Positions 38,722-50,432 of a stretch of 64,000 nucleotides of DNA are shown piece by piece. The stretch comes from Octopus sinensis. Its lineage: Eukaryota. Positions within the stretch are counted from its first letter, which is position 1, and the number at the start of each line of letters is the position of its first letter. The DNA lies in assembly GCF_006345805.1 (NCBI RefSeq), contig NC_043011.1:6324001-6388000 (forward strand), written 5' to 3'. The translations under genes were made by a program, and so were the position numbers. The notes beneath the pieces are model-generated. The model ran no database searches and was not told the origin of the DNA. It saw nothing but the letters and a program-made list of their open reading frames with translations.

Positions 38722-38993
38722 ATATTTTTTAAATGTCTTACTTTGAAAAATTGCATTCGGTGGGATTAGTAATATTTTTGGTAGAAATGACTAATTGTCC
38801 CTCTTAGCGTGTGGCATGTATGTATAATGCTCTCTGGCATGTATGTATAATGCCCTCTATATATAAATTAATATGTTCAATAAGAAATAATTATTTTCAA
38901 AATTTATTCTCTTATGAGGTTTTCACGCTATCTACCTGACAATTTCTTGTTAAGTTTTCCTTATTAAGTAGTTGTCCTTAATTGCTAAATTGC

Positions 38994-39024
<31 letters not shown>

Positions 39025-39653
39025 ACTTTCAGGGACAATAGTGATTTATTGAGACGAAAGGGCGTGGATTTTTTCCCTATCGAATTACGATAAGCTGAAA
39101 AAAGTTCTTTTTATATTTCACAGTAGGCAACCAGGGTTTCTGGGTGAATTTTCCGTGTGTTAATATGTACCTCTTTGTAACACTGCAAACTTTCATTTAA
39201 TCAAGATATTCTTGGCCAGAAGAGTTACATGCAGTATACACTTTGACTGGCTGTTTACCACTTTCAAGGCTCCGCTTGGTATGAAACGTGTAGCCCGGAT
39301 CTTATCTACTCTATTCCATAACTCTTGTACGTATTTATATATAAAATCAGTTGACATGTGAGCCAAGGCAGTGTGACCTTATTCCAGTAAGATATTTAGA
39401 TACGTCGCATAAAGGAAATATTTGATAATTACACGTTGCCTCTTGGGGCCTCTCAATGTTTCAGTAAGTATTTGTATATTTGTGTGTATATATTAATGTC
39501 TTTGTATATATGTGTGTCTGCGTGTATCTCTGTATGGTGTATGTGTAGGTTATTTGAAGCCAGAGTGTTTGTGTTTTCTTTATAGAAGTATGCGTGTTGT
39601 GTGTTTGTGGGTCGTTGATGGTGCAGTGTTCTGTGATGAAGTATATGTCATTC

Positions 39654-39880
39654 ATTTCTTTATTGCCCACAAGGGGCTAAACGTAGAGGGGACAAACAAG
39701 GACAGACAAAGGGATTAAGTTGATGTCATCGGCCCCCAGTGCGTAACTGGCACTTATTTAATCAACCACGAAAGGCAAAGTCGACCTTGCCAGAATTTGA
39801 ACTCGGAACGTAACGGCAGGCGAAATACAACTAAGCATTTTGCTCGGTGTGCTAACGTTTCTGCCAGCTCGCTGCCTTAA
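39654..39880 (-). mobile_element. SINE family B
   Basis: atttctttattgcccacaagg ... ctgccagctcgctgccttaa. Confidence 0.9.
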
Positions 39881-40346
39881 CCCTTTCGTTAGCTACCCGG
39901 CTGAAACCGGCTCTGGCTCTGAGTACAAATGTCTTATTTTCATAAGTTTTGAATTAAAATCTTCCACCAAACTTTAGTTACAATTTATGCTCCTAACACT
40001 AACTGAATGATAATTTAAGTTATTTTACTAAATTCTTTGTTATATTTAAAATTAAATGAAAGAAACACAGAACATCTCAACAGAAATATGGTAACAAAAG
40101 GGTTAAAATCACTATGATATTTTTAACCCTTTTGATACCAACCCAGCTGAGACTGCCTCTGTAGTACAAATGTCTTGTTTTCAAAAGTTTCGAATTAAAA
40201 TTTTCCACCAAACCTTAATCATAATTTATGTTCCTAACACTAACTGAATGATAATTTAAGTTATTTTACTAAATTCTTTGTTATATTTAAAGCAATTGAA
40301 AGAAACACAGAGCATCTCAAAATAGATATAGTAACGAAAGGGTTAA
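39877..40346. mobile_element. Two tandem family D piggyBac MITEs (39877-40106, 40123-40346)
   Basis: Each bounded by TTAA-CCCTTT...AAAGGG-TTAA; 16-bp spacer. Confidence 0.9.
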
Positions 40347-40480
40347 AGTATATATCAAGTGTATATCAATATACGTCTGATACCTTGTGAGTGTATATAT
40401 GTTCATAAATTCATAAAGAGCTCTACTTCTGTTAAAACTAAAAAAAAAATACAGTGTGGGTATAGATGTGTGTGTGTATA

Positions 40481-40711
40481 CTCTTTACTCTTTTACTTGT
40501 TTCAGTCATTTGACCGTGGCCATGCTGGAGCACCGCCTTTTAATCGAGCAACTCGATCCCAGGACTTATTCTTTTTGTAAGCCCAGTACTTATTCTATCG
40601 GTCTCTTTTGCCGAACCGCTAAGTAACGGGGACATAAACACACCAGCATCGGTTGTCAAGCAATGCTAGGGGGACAAACACAGACACACAAACACACACA
40701 CGCATATATAT

Positions 40712-40753
<42 letters not shown>

Positions 40754-40920
40754 TACGATGGGCTTCTTTCAGTTTCCGTCTACCAAATCCACTCACAAGG
40801 CTTTGGTCGGCCCGAGGCTATAGTAGAAGACACTTGCCCAAGGTGCCACGCAGTGGGACTGAACCCGGAACCATGTGGTTGGTTAGCAAGCTACTTACCA
40901 CACAGCCACTCCTGTGCCTA
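40481..40920 (-). mobile_element. SINE family A, full length
   Basis: Same consensus, reverse strand. Confidence 0.95.
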
Positions 40921-41479
40921 TGCATGTGTGCATATATGCGTGTGCGTGTCTCTTTCTCCCTCTCTCTCTCTCTTTACGTAGACAATGTAAGAACTATTTG
41001 GTCTTCTTCACCTTGGCTGCAAAATTGTCAAAATAAAAAAAAAAAATGTAAGTTAAAAGTAAAGATTTAGGTTCTTTTAACACTGACTTCTGCTTGGTGG
41101 TAACTCTTGTAATTCTTATGGAAATACAGCACCGACTGTATTTTATATTCCATGCACTATGGCACTGCTCACAAACTGCTCTCTATATTCTATGTATTAT
41201 GGCACTGTTCGTACCACATTCCATTCTTGCTTTGGTGCCATAGCGATTATTGTACCATTGATGTTGGTACAAAAGGTTTGTCGGGTGAAAGTTTGGAGGT
41301 GAGGGTCATTTGTAGCAACCAGTGTGTTTGTCGTCCACTTATTTTGTTGGTGTGTGTTTGACAATCAATTGTACAGATTCCTCTTAGATGTCCTCTAAAA
41401 TGGTGGTTCTCCTCCCAAATATTAAAGTGTTTCCCCCCTCCCCTGCCCCACATGTTGTTAATGGAGATAAAGCAATTTG

Positions 41480-41930
41480 CGTTCAAGCCCCGACTGGCTT
41501 CTGTGCCGATGGCACATAAAATGCACCATCCGAACGTAGCCGTTGCCAGCGCCGCCTTGGCTGGCTTCCGTGCCCATGGCATGTTAAAAGCTCCAACCGA
41601 TCGTGGCCAATGCCTGACCCCCCTGGCACCTGTGCAGGTGGCACGTAAAAAGCACCCACTACACTCGCGGAGTGGTTGGCGTTAGGAAGGGCATCCATCT
41701 GTAGAAACTCTGCCAGATCAGACTGGAGCCTGGTGCAGCCCCTCGCTTCCCAGACCCCGGTCGAACCGTCCAACCCGAGCTAGCGCGGAAAACGGACGTT
41801 AAATGATGATGATGATGATGATCTCGTCTGACTTGTGCTAGCTCGGAAAACGGATGTTAAACGATGATGATGATGATGATCTTGTCCGACTTGTGCTAGC
41901 TCGGAAAACGGATGTTAAACGATGAGGATG
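41480..41930 (+). mobile_element. RTE 3'UTR fragment (family C) with reiterated ~60-bp 3' tail
   Basis: gctagc..ggaaaacgga.gttaaa.gatga occurs three times. Confidence 0.85.
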
Positions 41931-41943
41931 GTTCTTTCTTTCC

Positions 41944-42350
41944 TTAATCCTTTGGCATTCAGCTTGTTTTGTCCAATGTCAGCACTTGGTTATTCTCATT
42001 GTTTTCAATAAGCACGTGTCACCTTTTGTAGCTTCAAGATTTTGATGACATGTTAGTTAGTTAATTTTTTGGCTCAAACAGCAAAAAGCAAGGCCATGTA
42101 GGGGGGACATGGAGTTAAGTACAGGGTGGTGTTCATGTAAAGAGTTCAGGCCACTTGTGGTCAAGGGAGACTTTGAACCGAGCGGTCGCCGGCATCTTCA
42201 CTACCTCGTCCGGCAGCTTTTTCCACGGATCCACAACCCGGATGGAGAAAGCCCCTCTCCTTCGATTTTAGGGTTGGTATGATAGGTGTGATCTGGCTGA
42301 TTTGAGTGTAAAACAGGATATTGTGGCTGGTTTAAATGCTAAAGGGTTAA
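41944..42350. mobile_element. piggyBac-type MITE family E split by a CR1-like fragment
   Basis: TTAA-tcctttggcattc ... aatgctaaaggg-TTAA. Confidence 0.75.
42052..42268 (-). pseudogene. CR1-like LINE 3' end
   Basis: NRRRGAFSIRVVDPWKKLPDEVVKMPATARFKVSLDHKWPELFT* then short UTR and (TAAC)n tail. Confidence 0.85.
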
Positions 42351-43467
42351 CATGTGTTGCTCAAGTTACACCAGCCTCTTTTCAGTCCTCACAAGCCCCA
42401 CTTTGGGCAGGGGATGGACCCCCACCACCTGTGAAGGACACTGGTCTAAGATGTTGGTATGTATAGCAGTAGCAACAGTGTTCTAGATGTAGAAGTACTC
42501 TGTTGGGCTTTAAAGAGGGTTAACCATTGATCAAGGTTGATTTTGTTGTCCTGAAAGAGGAAAACTGGCCTTTGAGGTGAAGGTTTTTTCCTTGCTGTTG
42601 TGTGTGGGAAGGTCACTAGGTAAGATCATCAGCAATTTAGATCTCAGCCCAGTATATGTACCAATTTATTAGGTTTCGTATCTTGCTTCAATCATTTGAC
42701 TGTAGCCATGCTAGGGCATCGCCTATAAAGAATTTTTAGTTGAATGAATTGAAGCAAATACCTTTTTTTCAACCTGGTACTTATTCTATTAGTTGCTTTT
42801 GCTGAACTGCTAAGTTATGGGGATGCAAACACACCAACACTGGTCATCAAGCGGTTGTAGGTGACACACACAAATATGATGGGTTTCTTTCAATTTCCGT
42901 TTCCCGAATCAATTCAGTTTTGGTTGGCCTAAGGCTGTTGTAGAAGACACTTTCCCAGAGTTCTATGCAGTGGGACTGAACTTGGAACCATGTGGTTGGG
43001 AAGCAAACTTTTTACCACACGGCCACGCCTGCACATGCTGATGACCCGAGACTGTTTATTGAACATAGTGATCATGTCTTGGGGCTCTTGAAATGGATCA
43101 GTGTGTAATGGCCTCATTGAAGCAGGATTTTCAGGTGGTGGTGGTGGTGGTTGACCGAGGATCACGTTACCTCATGTACCTTTTCTTAGATGGTAGGGTG
43201 TGATTTGAAAGAGATTTGGTTGCTATTTTCAGGTTGAGTTACAATATAAAAGCTGCTTTAAGTCAGTGCAAGCTTGGTGCAAGGTGTGCAGGTAGTATGT
43301 AAAGGTCATCACTCAGAAGACGGTTAACCAGGTAAATTACCTGTTGTTGTTAGATAACAAGTAGAGAAGGTATAAATATTTGATAATATTTTGTAAAAAT
43401 TTATCTTCAATTTTGCAAATCTCAAAATAAGTAATTATTATTATTACTATTATTATTATTACTATTG

Positions 43468-43716
43468 CTCTCTTCTTCTTCTCTTCTTCTTCTCTTCTCT
43501 TCTTCTTCTTCTTCTTCTTTCTTCTTCCTTTCTTCTTCCTTCTTCTTCTTCCTTTCTTCTTCCTCTTCCTCTCTTCTTCTTCTTCTCTTCCTCTTCTTCT
43601 TCCTCTTCTTCTTCTTTCCTCTTCTTCTTCTTTCTTCTTTCTTCTTTCTTCCTCTCTTCTTCTTCTTCTTCCTCTTCTTTCTCTTCTCTTCTTCTCTTCT
43701 TCTTTCTTCTTCCTCT

Positions 43717-43751
<35 letters not shown>

Positions 43752-44374
43752 TTCTCTTCTTCTTCCTCTTTCTTCTCTTCTTCTCTCTTCCTCTTCTTCT
43801 TCTTCTCCTCCTCTTCTTCCTCTCTTCTTCCTCTTCCTTCTTCCTCTTCTTCTTCTTTCTTCTCCTCTTCTTTTCCTCTTCTTCTTCTTCCTCTCTTCTC
43901 CTCTTCTTCTTCTTCTTCTTCTTCTTCTCTCTTCTTCCTCTTCTTCTTCCTTCTTCTTCTTCTTCTTCCTCCTTTCTTCCTCTTCTTCTTTCTTCTTCCT
44001 CTCCTTCTTCCTCTTCCTCTCTTCCTCTTCTTCTTCCTCCTCTTCTTCTTCTCTCTTCTCTTCTCTTCTTCCTCTTCTTCTTCCTTCCTCTTCTTCTTCT
44101 TCTTCCTTCTTCCTCTTCTTCTTCCTCTTCTTCTTCCTCTTCTTCTTCTCTCTCTTCTTCTTCCTCTTCTTCTTCCTCTTCTTCCTTCTTTTTCTTCCTC
44201 TTCTTCTTTCTTCTTCTTTTCTTTTCTTCTTCTTCTTCCTCTTCTTCTTCTTCTTCTCCTCTTCTCTTCTTCTTCTCTTCTCTCTTCTTCCTCTTCTCTT
44301 CTTCTCTTCTTTTCTTCTTCCTCTCTCTTCTTCATCTTCTTCTTCCTCTTCTTCTTTCCTCTTCTTCTTCTTCT

Positions 44375-44409
<35 letters not shown>

Positions 44410-44595
44410 TTTCTTCTTTTCCTCTTCTTCTTCCTCTTCCTTTTCTTCTTCCTCTTCTTCTTCCTCTTCCTTCTTCTTCTTCTTCTCTTCTTCTTCCTCT
44501 TTTCTTCTTCCTCTCCTCTTCCTCTTCTCTTCCTCTTCTTCTTCTTCTCTCTTCTTCTTCTTCTTCCTCTTCCTCTTCCTTTCTTCTTCTCTTCT

Positions 44596-44673
<78 letters not shown>

Positions 44674-44703
44674 TCTTCTTCTTCTTCCTCCTCTTCTTCC
44701 TCT

Positions 44704-44735
<32 letters not shown>

Positions 44736-44938
44736 TCCTCTTCTTCCTCTCTTCTTCCTCTTCTTCTTCCTCTTCTTTTCTTCTTCCTCCTCTTCTTCCT
44801 TCTCTTCTTCCTTCTTCTTCTTCTTCCTCCTCTTCTTCTTCCTCCTCTTCTTCCTCTTCTTCTCTTCTCTTCTCTCTTCTTCTTCTTCCTTCCTCTTCTT
44901 CTTCCTCTTCTTCTTCCTCTTCTTCTTCTTCTTTTCCT

Positions 44939-44969
<31 letters not shown>

Positions 44970-45022
44970 TCCTTCTTCTTCTTCTTTCTTCTTCCTTCTT
45001 CTTCCTCTTCCTCTTCTTCCTT

Positions 45023-45054
<32 letters not shown>

Positions 45055-45374
45055 TTCTTTTCTTCCTCTTCTCTCTTCTTCTTCTTCTCTTCTTCTTCTT
45101 CTTCTTTCTTCCTCTTCTTCCTCTCTTCTCCTCTTCTTCTTCTTCCTCTTCTTCTTCTTTCTTCTTTTCCTCTTTTCTTCTTCTTCTTCTTCTTCCTCTT
45201 CTTTTCTTCTTCCTCTTCTTCTTCTTTCTTCTTCTTCCTCTTCTTCTTCTTCTTCTTCTCTTCTTTTCCTTCTTCTTCTTCTTCCTCTTCTCTTCTTCCT
45301 CTTCTTCTTCCTCTTCTTCTTTCTTCCTCTCTTCTTCTTCCTCTTCTTCTTCCTCTTCTTCTTCCTCTTCTTCT
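43468..45374. repeat. ~1.9-kb irregular (CTT/CCT)n homopyrimidine tract
   Basis: Only one purine seen on the plus strand (A at 44334). Confidence 0.97.
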
Positions 45375-46038
45375 AAGGTGGTGAGCTGGCAGAATTGTTA
45401 GCACGTGGGATGAAATGCTTAATGGTATTTCGCCCATTGCTATGTTCTGAGTTCAAATTGTGCTGAGGTCGACTTTACCTTTCATTCTTTCAGGTGTGAT
45501 AAATTAAGTACTAGTTGAGTACTGGGGTCGGTGTAATCGAGTATCTCCCTCCCTCAAATTTCAGGCTTTGTGCCTATAATAGACAGAATTATTATTTTAA
45601 GGAAGTGAACTGAATCGTTAGCATGCTGGGCAAAATGCTTAGCAGAACTCCATTTGTCATTAGGTTCTGAGTTCAAATTCTGCTATGGTTGACTTTGCCT
45701 TTCATCCTTTTGAAGTCAATGAAAAAAGTACCAGTTGAGTACTGGGGTTGATGTAATCAACTATACCCCTCCTACAAAATTTCAGGCCTTGTCCCTTTAG
45801 TAGAAAGGTTTATTATCATTTTAAGGTGGCCAACTGGCAGAATGGTTAGCATGCCAGGAGAAATGGTTAGTGGTGTTTTGTCTGTCCTTATGTTCTGAGT
45901 TCAAATTCTGCCAAGGTTGACTTTGCCTGTCATCCTTTCGAAGTCGATAAAAAAAGTACCCGTTATACACTGGGGGATCAATGTAATTGACTTACCCACT
46001 CCCCATAATTGCTGAGCTTGTGCCAAAATTTGAAACCG
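45375..46038 (+). mobile_element. Three head-to-tail SINE family B copies
   Basis: Heads near 45375, 45598 and 45823. Confidence 0.85.
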
Positions 46039-47099
46039 ATGTATACAAGGAAGGTTATGGGAAACATTGGAACATGGGGGGCACAAGTCTGTGTGTGTGT
46101 GTGAAAGAGGGAGAGAGAGAGAGAGAGTCTTAGAGTGTACCTCTACGATGTGACATGAAAGGAAACTTCTAAACCAAGAGATGTCAGATTGAGAGGCAAG
46201 TGGCTTAGTATTGGCATTCTCATTCCAGGAATGGTCCAAGATTTTTCTCATATTGTTTGCTGCGATACTGCTTTTGCTGAGGTTTACAAGAGCAAAAGAA
46301 ACTCTGGTGATTGATGTTGGAGAGCAAACTTCTGTCAGATCCGGTTGTGTGCCGACCAAGTGGAAGCAATAAAAAAAGGCCTCTGGTTCACCCCTTCAAG
46401 ATTGTCACTGGTTCATTTTCTCTAAAGAAAATATGAACTGATGACTCTTCACTTGATATTGGTGGCAGCTTAAACTTGAATTTGGCCAGCTGCAGCTTCC
46501 TGTTTTTCAATTAAAAAAAAAACAATGTGTTGGTAAATACGTTTCTGTTCTGAAGCTGTTCGTTTCCCTCAACCTGTTAATCCAAGTTTTTTGAACAACA
46601 CCTGCACTAATTACTCTACTGCTTGTTTTCATGTTGTTACCTGCAAAGAATTATTTGTAAAGTGCTTTTTGTTTAGAAGACGCACACAAACACACACACA
46701 CACACACACACTAGTATAATGTTATAATCTTCTGATAGGTGATATCTTTGTATAATTTACTTATAATTTCCTGTGAGACTATTAAGTTGATCTCCCTTCC
46801 TCCTCCCCCCCTTCTTCCCCTCCTTATTGATCCTCACTAGTTTTATCGGCTAACCCCTTATATTGCTGTTTTTTATATCACCAGCTGTTGACAAAAGGTT
46901 GTAGTGACTTAACAATACTAAAACTTAATGGTAATTGTTGCTGTTGATAACTATTTGTCTTCCCCTCCCCCATCCTCATCATTATCCTTATTGTTGTTGT
47001 CTCATCTTGTTGTTGTCATCATTGTTGACACTAACATGCTTTGGTTACTTTAGCAGAGAACCTGTTATCAAATCTCCACAATTGATAGCTGAATGGAAA

Positions 47100-47990
47100 G
47101 ACATCATCATCATCATCATTGTCATCTGCTTTCCATGCTGGCATGAGTTGGATGGTTTGACATAGAGCTGGCCAGACTCCAATTGTCTATTGTGGTATGG
47201 TTTCTACAGTTGGATGCCCTTCCTAATGCCAACCACTTGTGTGCTGGGTGCACTTTACATGCCACTGGCACGGGTGCATTAACACAGCACTGTATGTTTG
47301 GTAGACGGTGGTTTTACTTAGCTTGATGCAGCAAATCACAACCTCTTCCGCTTCCTTGTCATTTCCTCAGTGAGGCCCACCATCCGAAGATCCTTTCTCA
47401 CTGCTTCATCTCACGTCTTCCTGGGTCTACCCCTTCCACAGGTCCCTTCCACAGGTCCCTTCCACAGGTCCCTCCCACATGTCCCTTCCACAGGTCCCTT
47501 CCACATGTCCCTTCCACAGGTCCCTTTCACAATTAGAGCTCATGCTCCTTTATGCAGTTGTCCTCATCCATACACACCACATGACCGAACTAGCATGGTC
47601 CTCTCTCTTGCACACAACATCTAACCCCTCTTCTTCCCAGTTTTCACTCTCATGCATGCACACTGATATCACCCATCAAGTGGAGCATGCTAGCTTCATT
47701 TCTTTCAAGCCTTCACAAGTCCTCTGTAGTCAAAGTCTGTTTTCTTGCCATGCAACATAGCTGTATGTTCACAGGCATCATACAATCTGTCTTTCACTCT
47801 GAGGGAGAGGCCCTTAGTTACCAACAAATGTAAAAGCTCTCTGAACTCTGCCCAGCCTGTTCTTATTTTTGCAACTGCTCTTTCTGAACTTGCTCAATCA
47901 CTCCCAACTTGGTCTCCTAGGTAACAGAAACTATCACTTCTAATGATCTCCCCGAGCATTTGAAGGAGTCTATTGTCTACGTATTTTTAG
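47100..47990 (-). pseudogene. RTE LINE 3' portion (ORF remnant, 3'UTR, tail) with a 13-bp minisatellite expansion at ~47430-47530
   Basis: CYLGDQVGS...RTGWAEFRELLHLLVTKGLSLRVKDRLYDAC...RLERNEASML and GRPRKT*DEAVRKDLRMVGLTEEMT; cccttccaca(g/t)gt about 8 times. Confidence 0.85.
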
Positions 47991-48572
47991 TGCTTCATGA
48001 TGGTGGTGGTGTCGTAGTGAATAAAGATTGATATGATTGATGAGTGGTTGTAATGGTTAATGACAATGGCTGATAATGGTGAGGTTGATGAGGGTGACGG
48101 CAAGGGTGATAGTAGAGGTGAGAGGGATGGTCGTAATGAATGATTGTGGTATGATGAGGATAATGAAAGTGAGGGCAGTTTTGATGGTGAGATAATGAGT
48201 AATGAATGATATGATGGTGATGAGTGATGGTGAGGGTGATGTAAGGAGCAATGATTGTAATATGGTGATGATAATGAGTGATGGCAAGGCTGTTGGTAAA
48301 AGCGAGTGGTGGTGGTGTTTATGATGGTGTGGTAATGAATAATGACTGATATAGTGATTATGAGGTTGATGACTGTGATAACACTGATGACTAATGTTAG
48401 ATGTGACACAATCAGTGGTGACACTCAGAGTATTCAGGGACATGTCATTAATTTTGCTGTCCTTTATTTTACATTTTTACACTTGTTTCCCTCCTCCTTG
48501 CCCAGCCCCATGGTTTCATTCTAAATTTGACCATGAGACTTTGTGTGGTCTATTACAGACCAGTGCACTATA

Positions 48573-49037
48573 AAATCTAATTTTATAATACCTCCTCTCT
48601 AACCTGGGGTACCTCCGCTTTTCTAACATCTAGTACTCCCTCTTTCCTAACATGCTGTATCTCTTCTTTCCTAACCTGGGGTACCTCCTCCTTCCTAACC
48701 TGAGGTACCTCCTCCTTCCTAACATGGGGTACCTCCTCCTTCCTAACATGACCAATGATCATACAATGCTGACCTTCAGTAGGTTTTGAAAAGTTTGAAA
48801 ATGTAACATTTAAAAGAAAAAGATGTAGGAAGGTACTCTATGTTAGGAAAGAGGAGGTGCTCCATGTTAGGAAGGAGGAAGTACCCCATGTTAGGAAGGA
48901 GGAGGTACCCCATGTTAAGAAGGAGGAGGTACCCCAAATTAGGAAAGAGGAGGTGCCACATGTTAGGAAAGAGGGAGTACTACATGTTAGGGAGGAGGCA
49001 CTCTGAGTTAGAGAGGAGGTATTATAAAATTAGATTT
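48573..49037. mobile_element. Foldback-like element with modular terminal inverted repeats of 24-bp subrepeats
   Basis: Outer aaatctaattttataatacctcctctctaac perfectly inverted at the right end; unit aacatggggtacctcctccttcct. Confidence 0.75.
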
Positions 49038-49341
49038 GAGATACACAAATTAGTAATTTTCCCAAACTTGCAACTGGGTTTCATTCCATAGTAAACCCGT
49101 TACATTATACTATGCTTGAATAATATTGGAGAGGTACTTTTTGTCTATGAAGTCATTTGATCTGAGACTCTGTGTGTTGAAAGTGAAATCTCTCTAGAAC
49201 TGTTGAAGAACATGCACACAGCTTTTAAATAAATATCCTTTTACAGGAAGAAAAGAAAGAAAAAAACAAAAAATATATATATTTCTTTACTGCCCACAAG
49301 GGGCTAAACATAGAGGGGACAAACAAGGACAGACAAAGAGA

Positions 49342-50432
49342 TTAACCCTTTCGTTACCAAACCGCCCGAAAAAAATTTTGGTTAATGTGACCAAACCGCC
49401 CAAAGCTGCCCGAATTTACCTATTCATATTTAAATGAGAATATCAGAGCAAATATCTTTAGTACATTCGTGAAAATACGTATTATACTTCGTAAAGAGTT
49501 CAACTACAGTTTTGTACAAAAATCGAAGTGTAATTTTAATTCCGTGAATTTTGGGAGATTTTTTTCCAAAATTTGTTCCTATTGTTTTCAAAATTTGTAA
49601 TTCTGACAAAAAATGGATACGAATTTCATTATATCAAGCAGCGAGTCAGAATTCGAAGGATTTTCTACTGAAGACCTTCATAAATCTAACTCTATGACTG
49701 AAAAAAAAAAAAGCATGTGGTATTTGATAATGAATCTGATGTTTCATTTTCCGAAAGTGAAAAAGTGAATCCGAGAGCTCCGACAGCGATTAAAAAAATG
49801 AATTGGCACCTGAATGGAGTGAAATTTAAAAACTGTTTCTTTCGGTGATTTTTCTGAAGAAACTGGACCAAGCCACAGACTTTCCCAGAAGAGTAAAGCC
49901 TTAGACTATTTCTTTTTACTTTTTCGAATGAGCCTATTTGAAATCATTACGGCGGAAACGAACCGTTACGCTAAACGTAAACAAAGCGAAAGAAAGGATA
50001 GTTTGTTATTTCCCACAACCTTAAATGAAATTAAGGCCTATTTTGCCATAAATATTATTATGGGTATCAGAAAGTTACCCAGAATAACAAATTCTATCGT
50101 AAAATTTTGTTGTATACCCAACTGAATATTAGTTGTATACCCAACTGAACATTTTCTATAGCGATGTTTGAACAAAATTTTAATAATTTTATATTTTGTT
50201 GAATTTACCTGTATCTACCTGCAATTAGAGTCACTTTGTGACAAAAATTATAGTATAGAATTGGTTGAGAACATTTCATTAAATTATCTTCCAAAATTCA
50301 CGTTAATATATTGATAAATAAAAAAGTTATAGTTGTTTAATGAAACCAGACTAAATTTATGATTACGTTAGAAATTAATTGAAACACATAAGGGGTGTAT
50401 TTTGGTCAGAAATATAGTAACGAAAGGGTTAA
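49342..50432 (+). mobile_element. piggyBac deletion derivative
   Basis: TTAA duplication; perfect 12-bp inverted repeat CCCTTTCGTTAC / GTAACGAAAGGG. Confidence 0.92.
49823..50090 (+). pseudogene. piggyBac transposase N-terminal remnant
   Basis: FSEETGP...ALDYFFLLFRMSLFEIITAETNRYA...FPTTLNEIKAYFAINIIMGIRKLP, typical of the piggyBac/PGBD N-terminal region. Confidence 0.85.

Larger units (their letters stand above)
38067..38991. mobile_element. Retrozyme-like locus: 474-bp tandem unit plus inverted arm, flanked by (TA)n
   Basis: aatttatatatagagggc at 38067 and 38541; 38638-38991 is the reverse complement; one hammerhead on each strand. Confidence 0.75.

Noticed and set aside
43337-45437. Long ORFs of 332, 671 and 639 aa
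   Set aside because: Translations of the CTT/GAA tract, which cannot contain stop codons; no domain, no splice context
46438-46470. CTGATGA as a hammerhead core
   Set aside because: No stem II and no downstream GAAA
46130-46520. Coding-looking unique segment (152-aa track ORF)
   Set aside because: Several frames partly open, no recognisable motif or convincing splice sites; left unassigned
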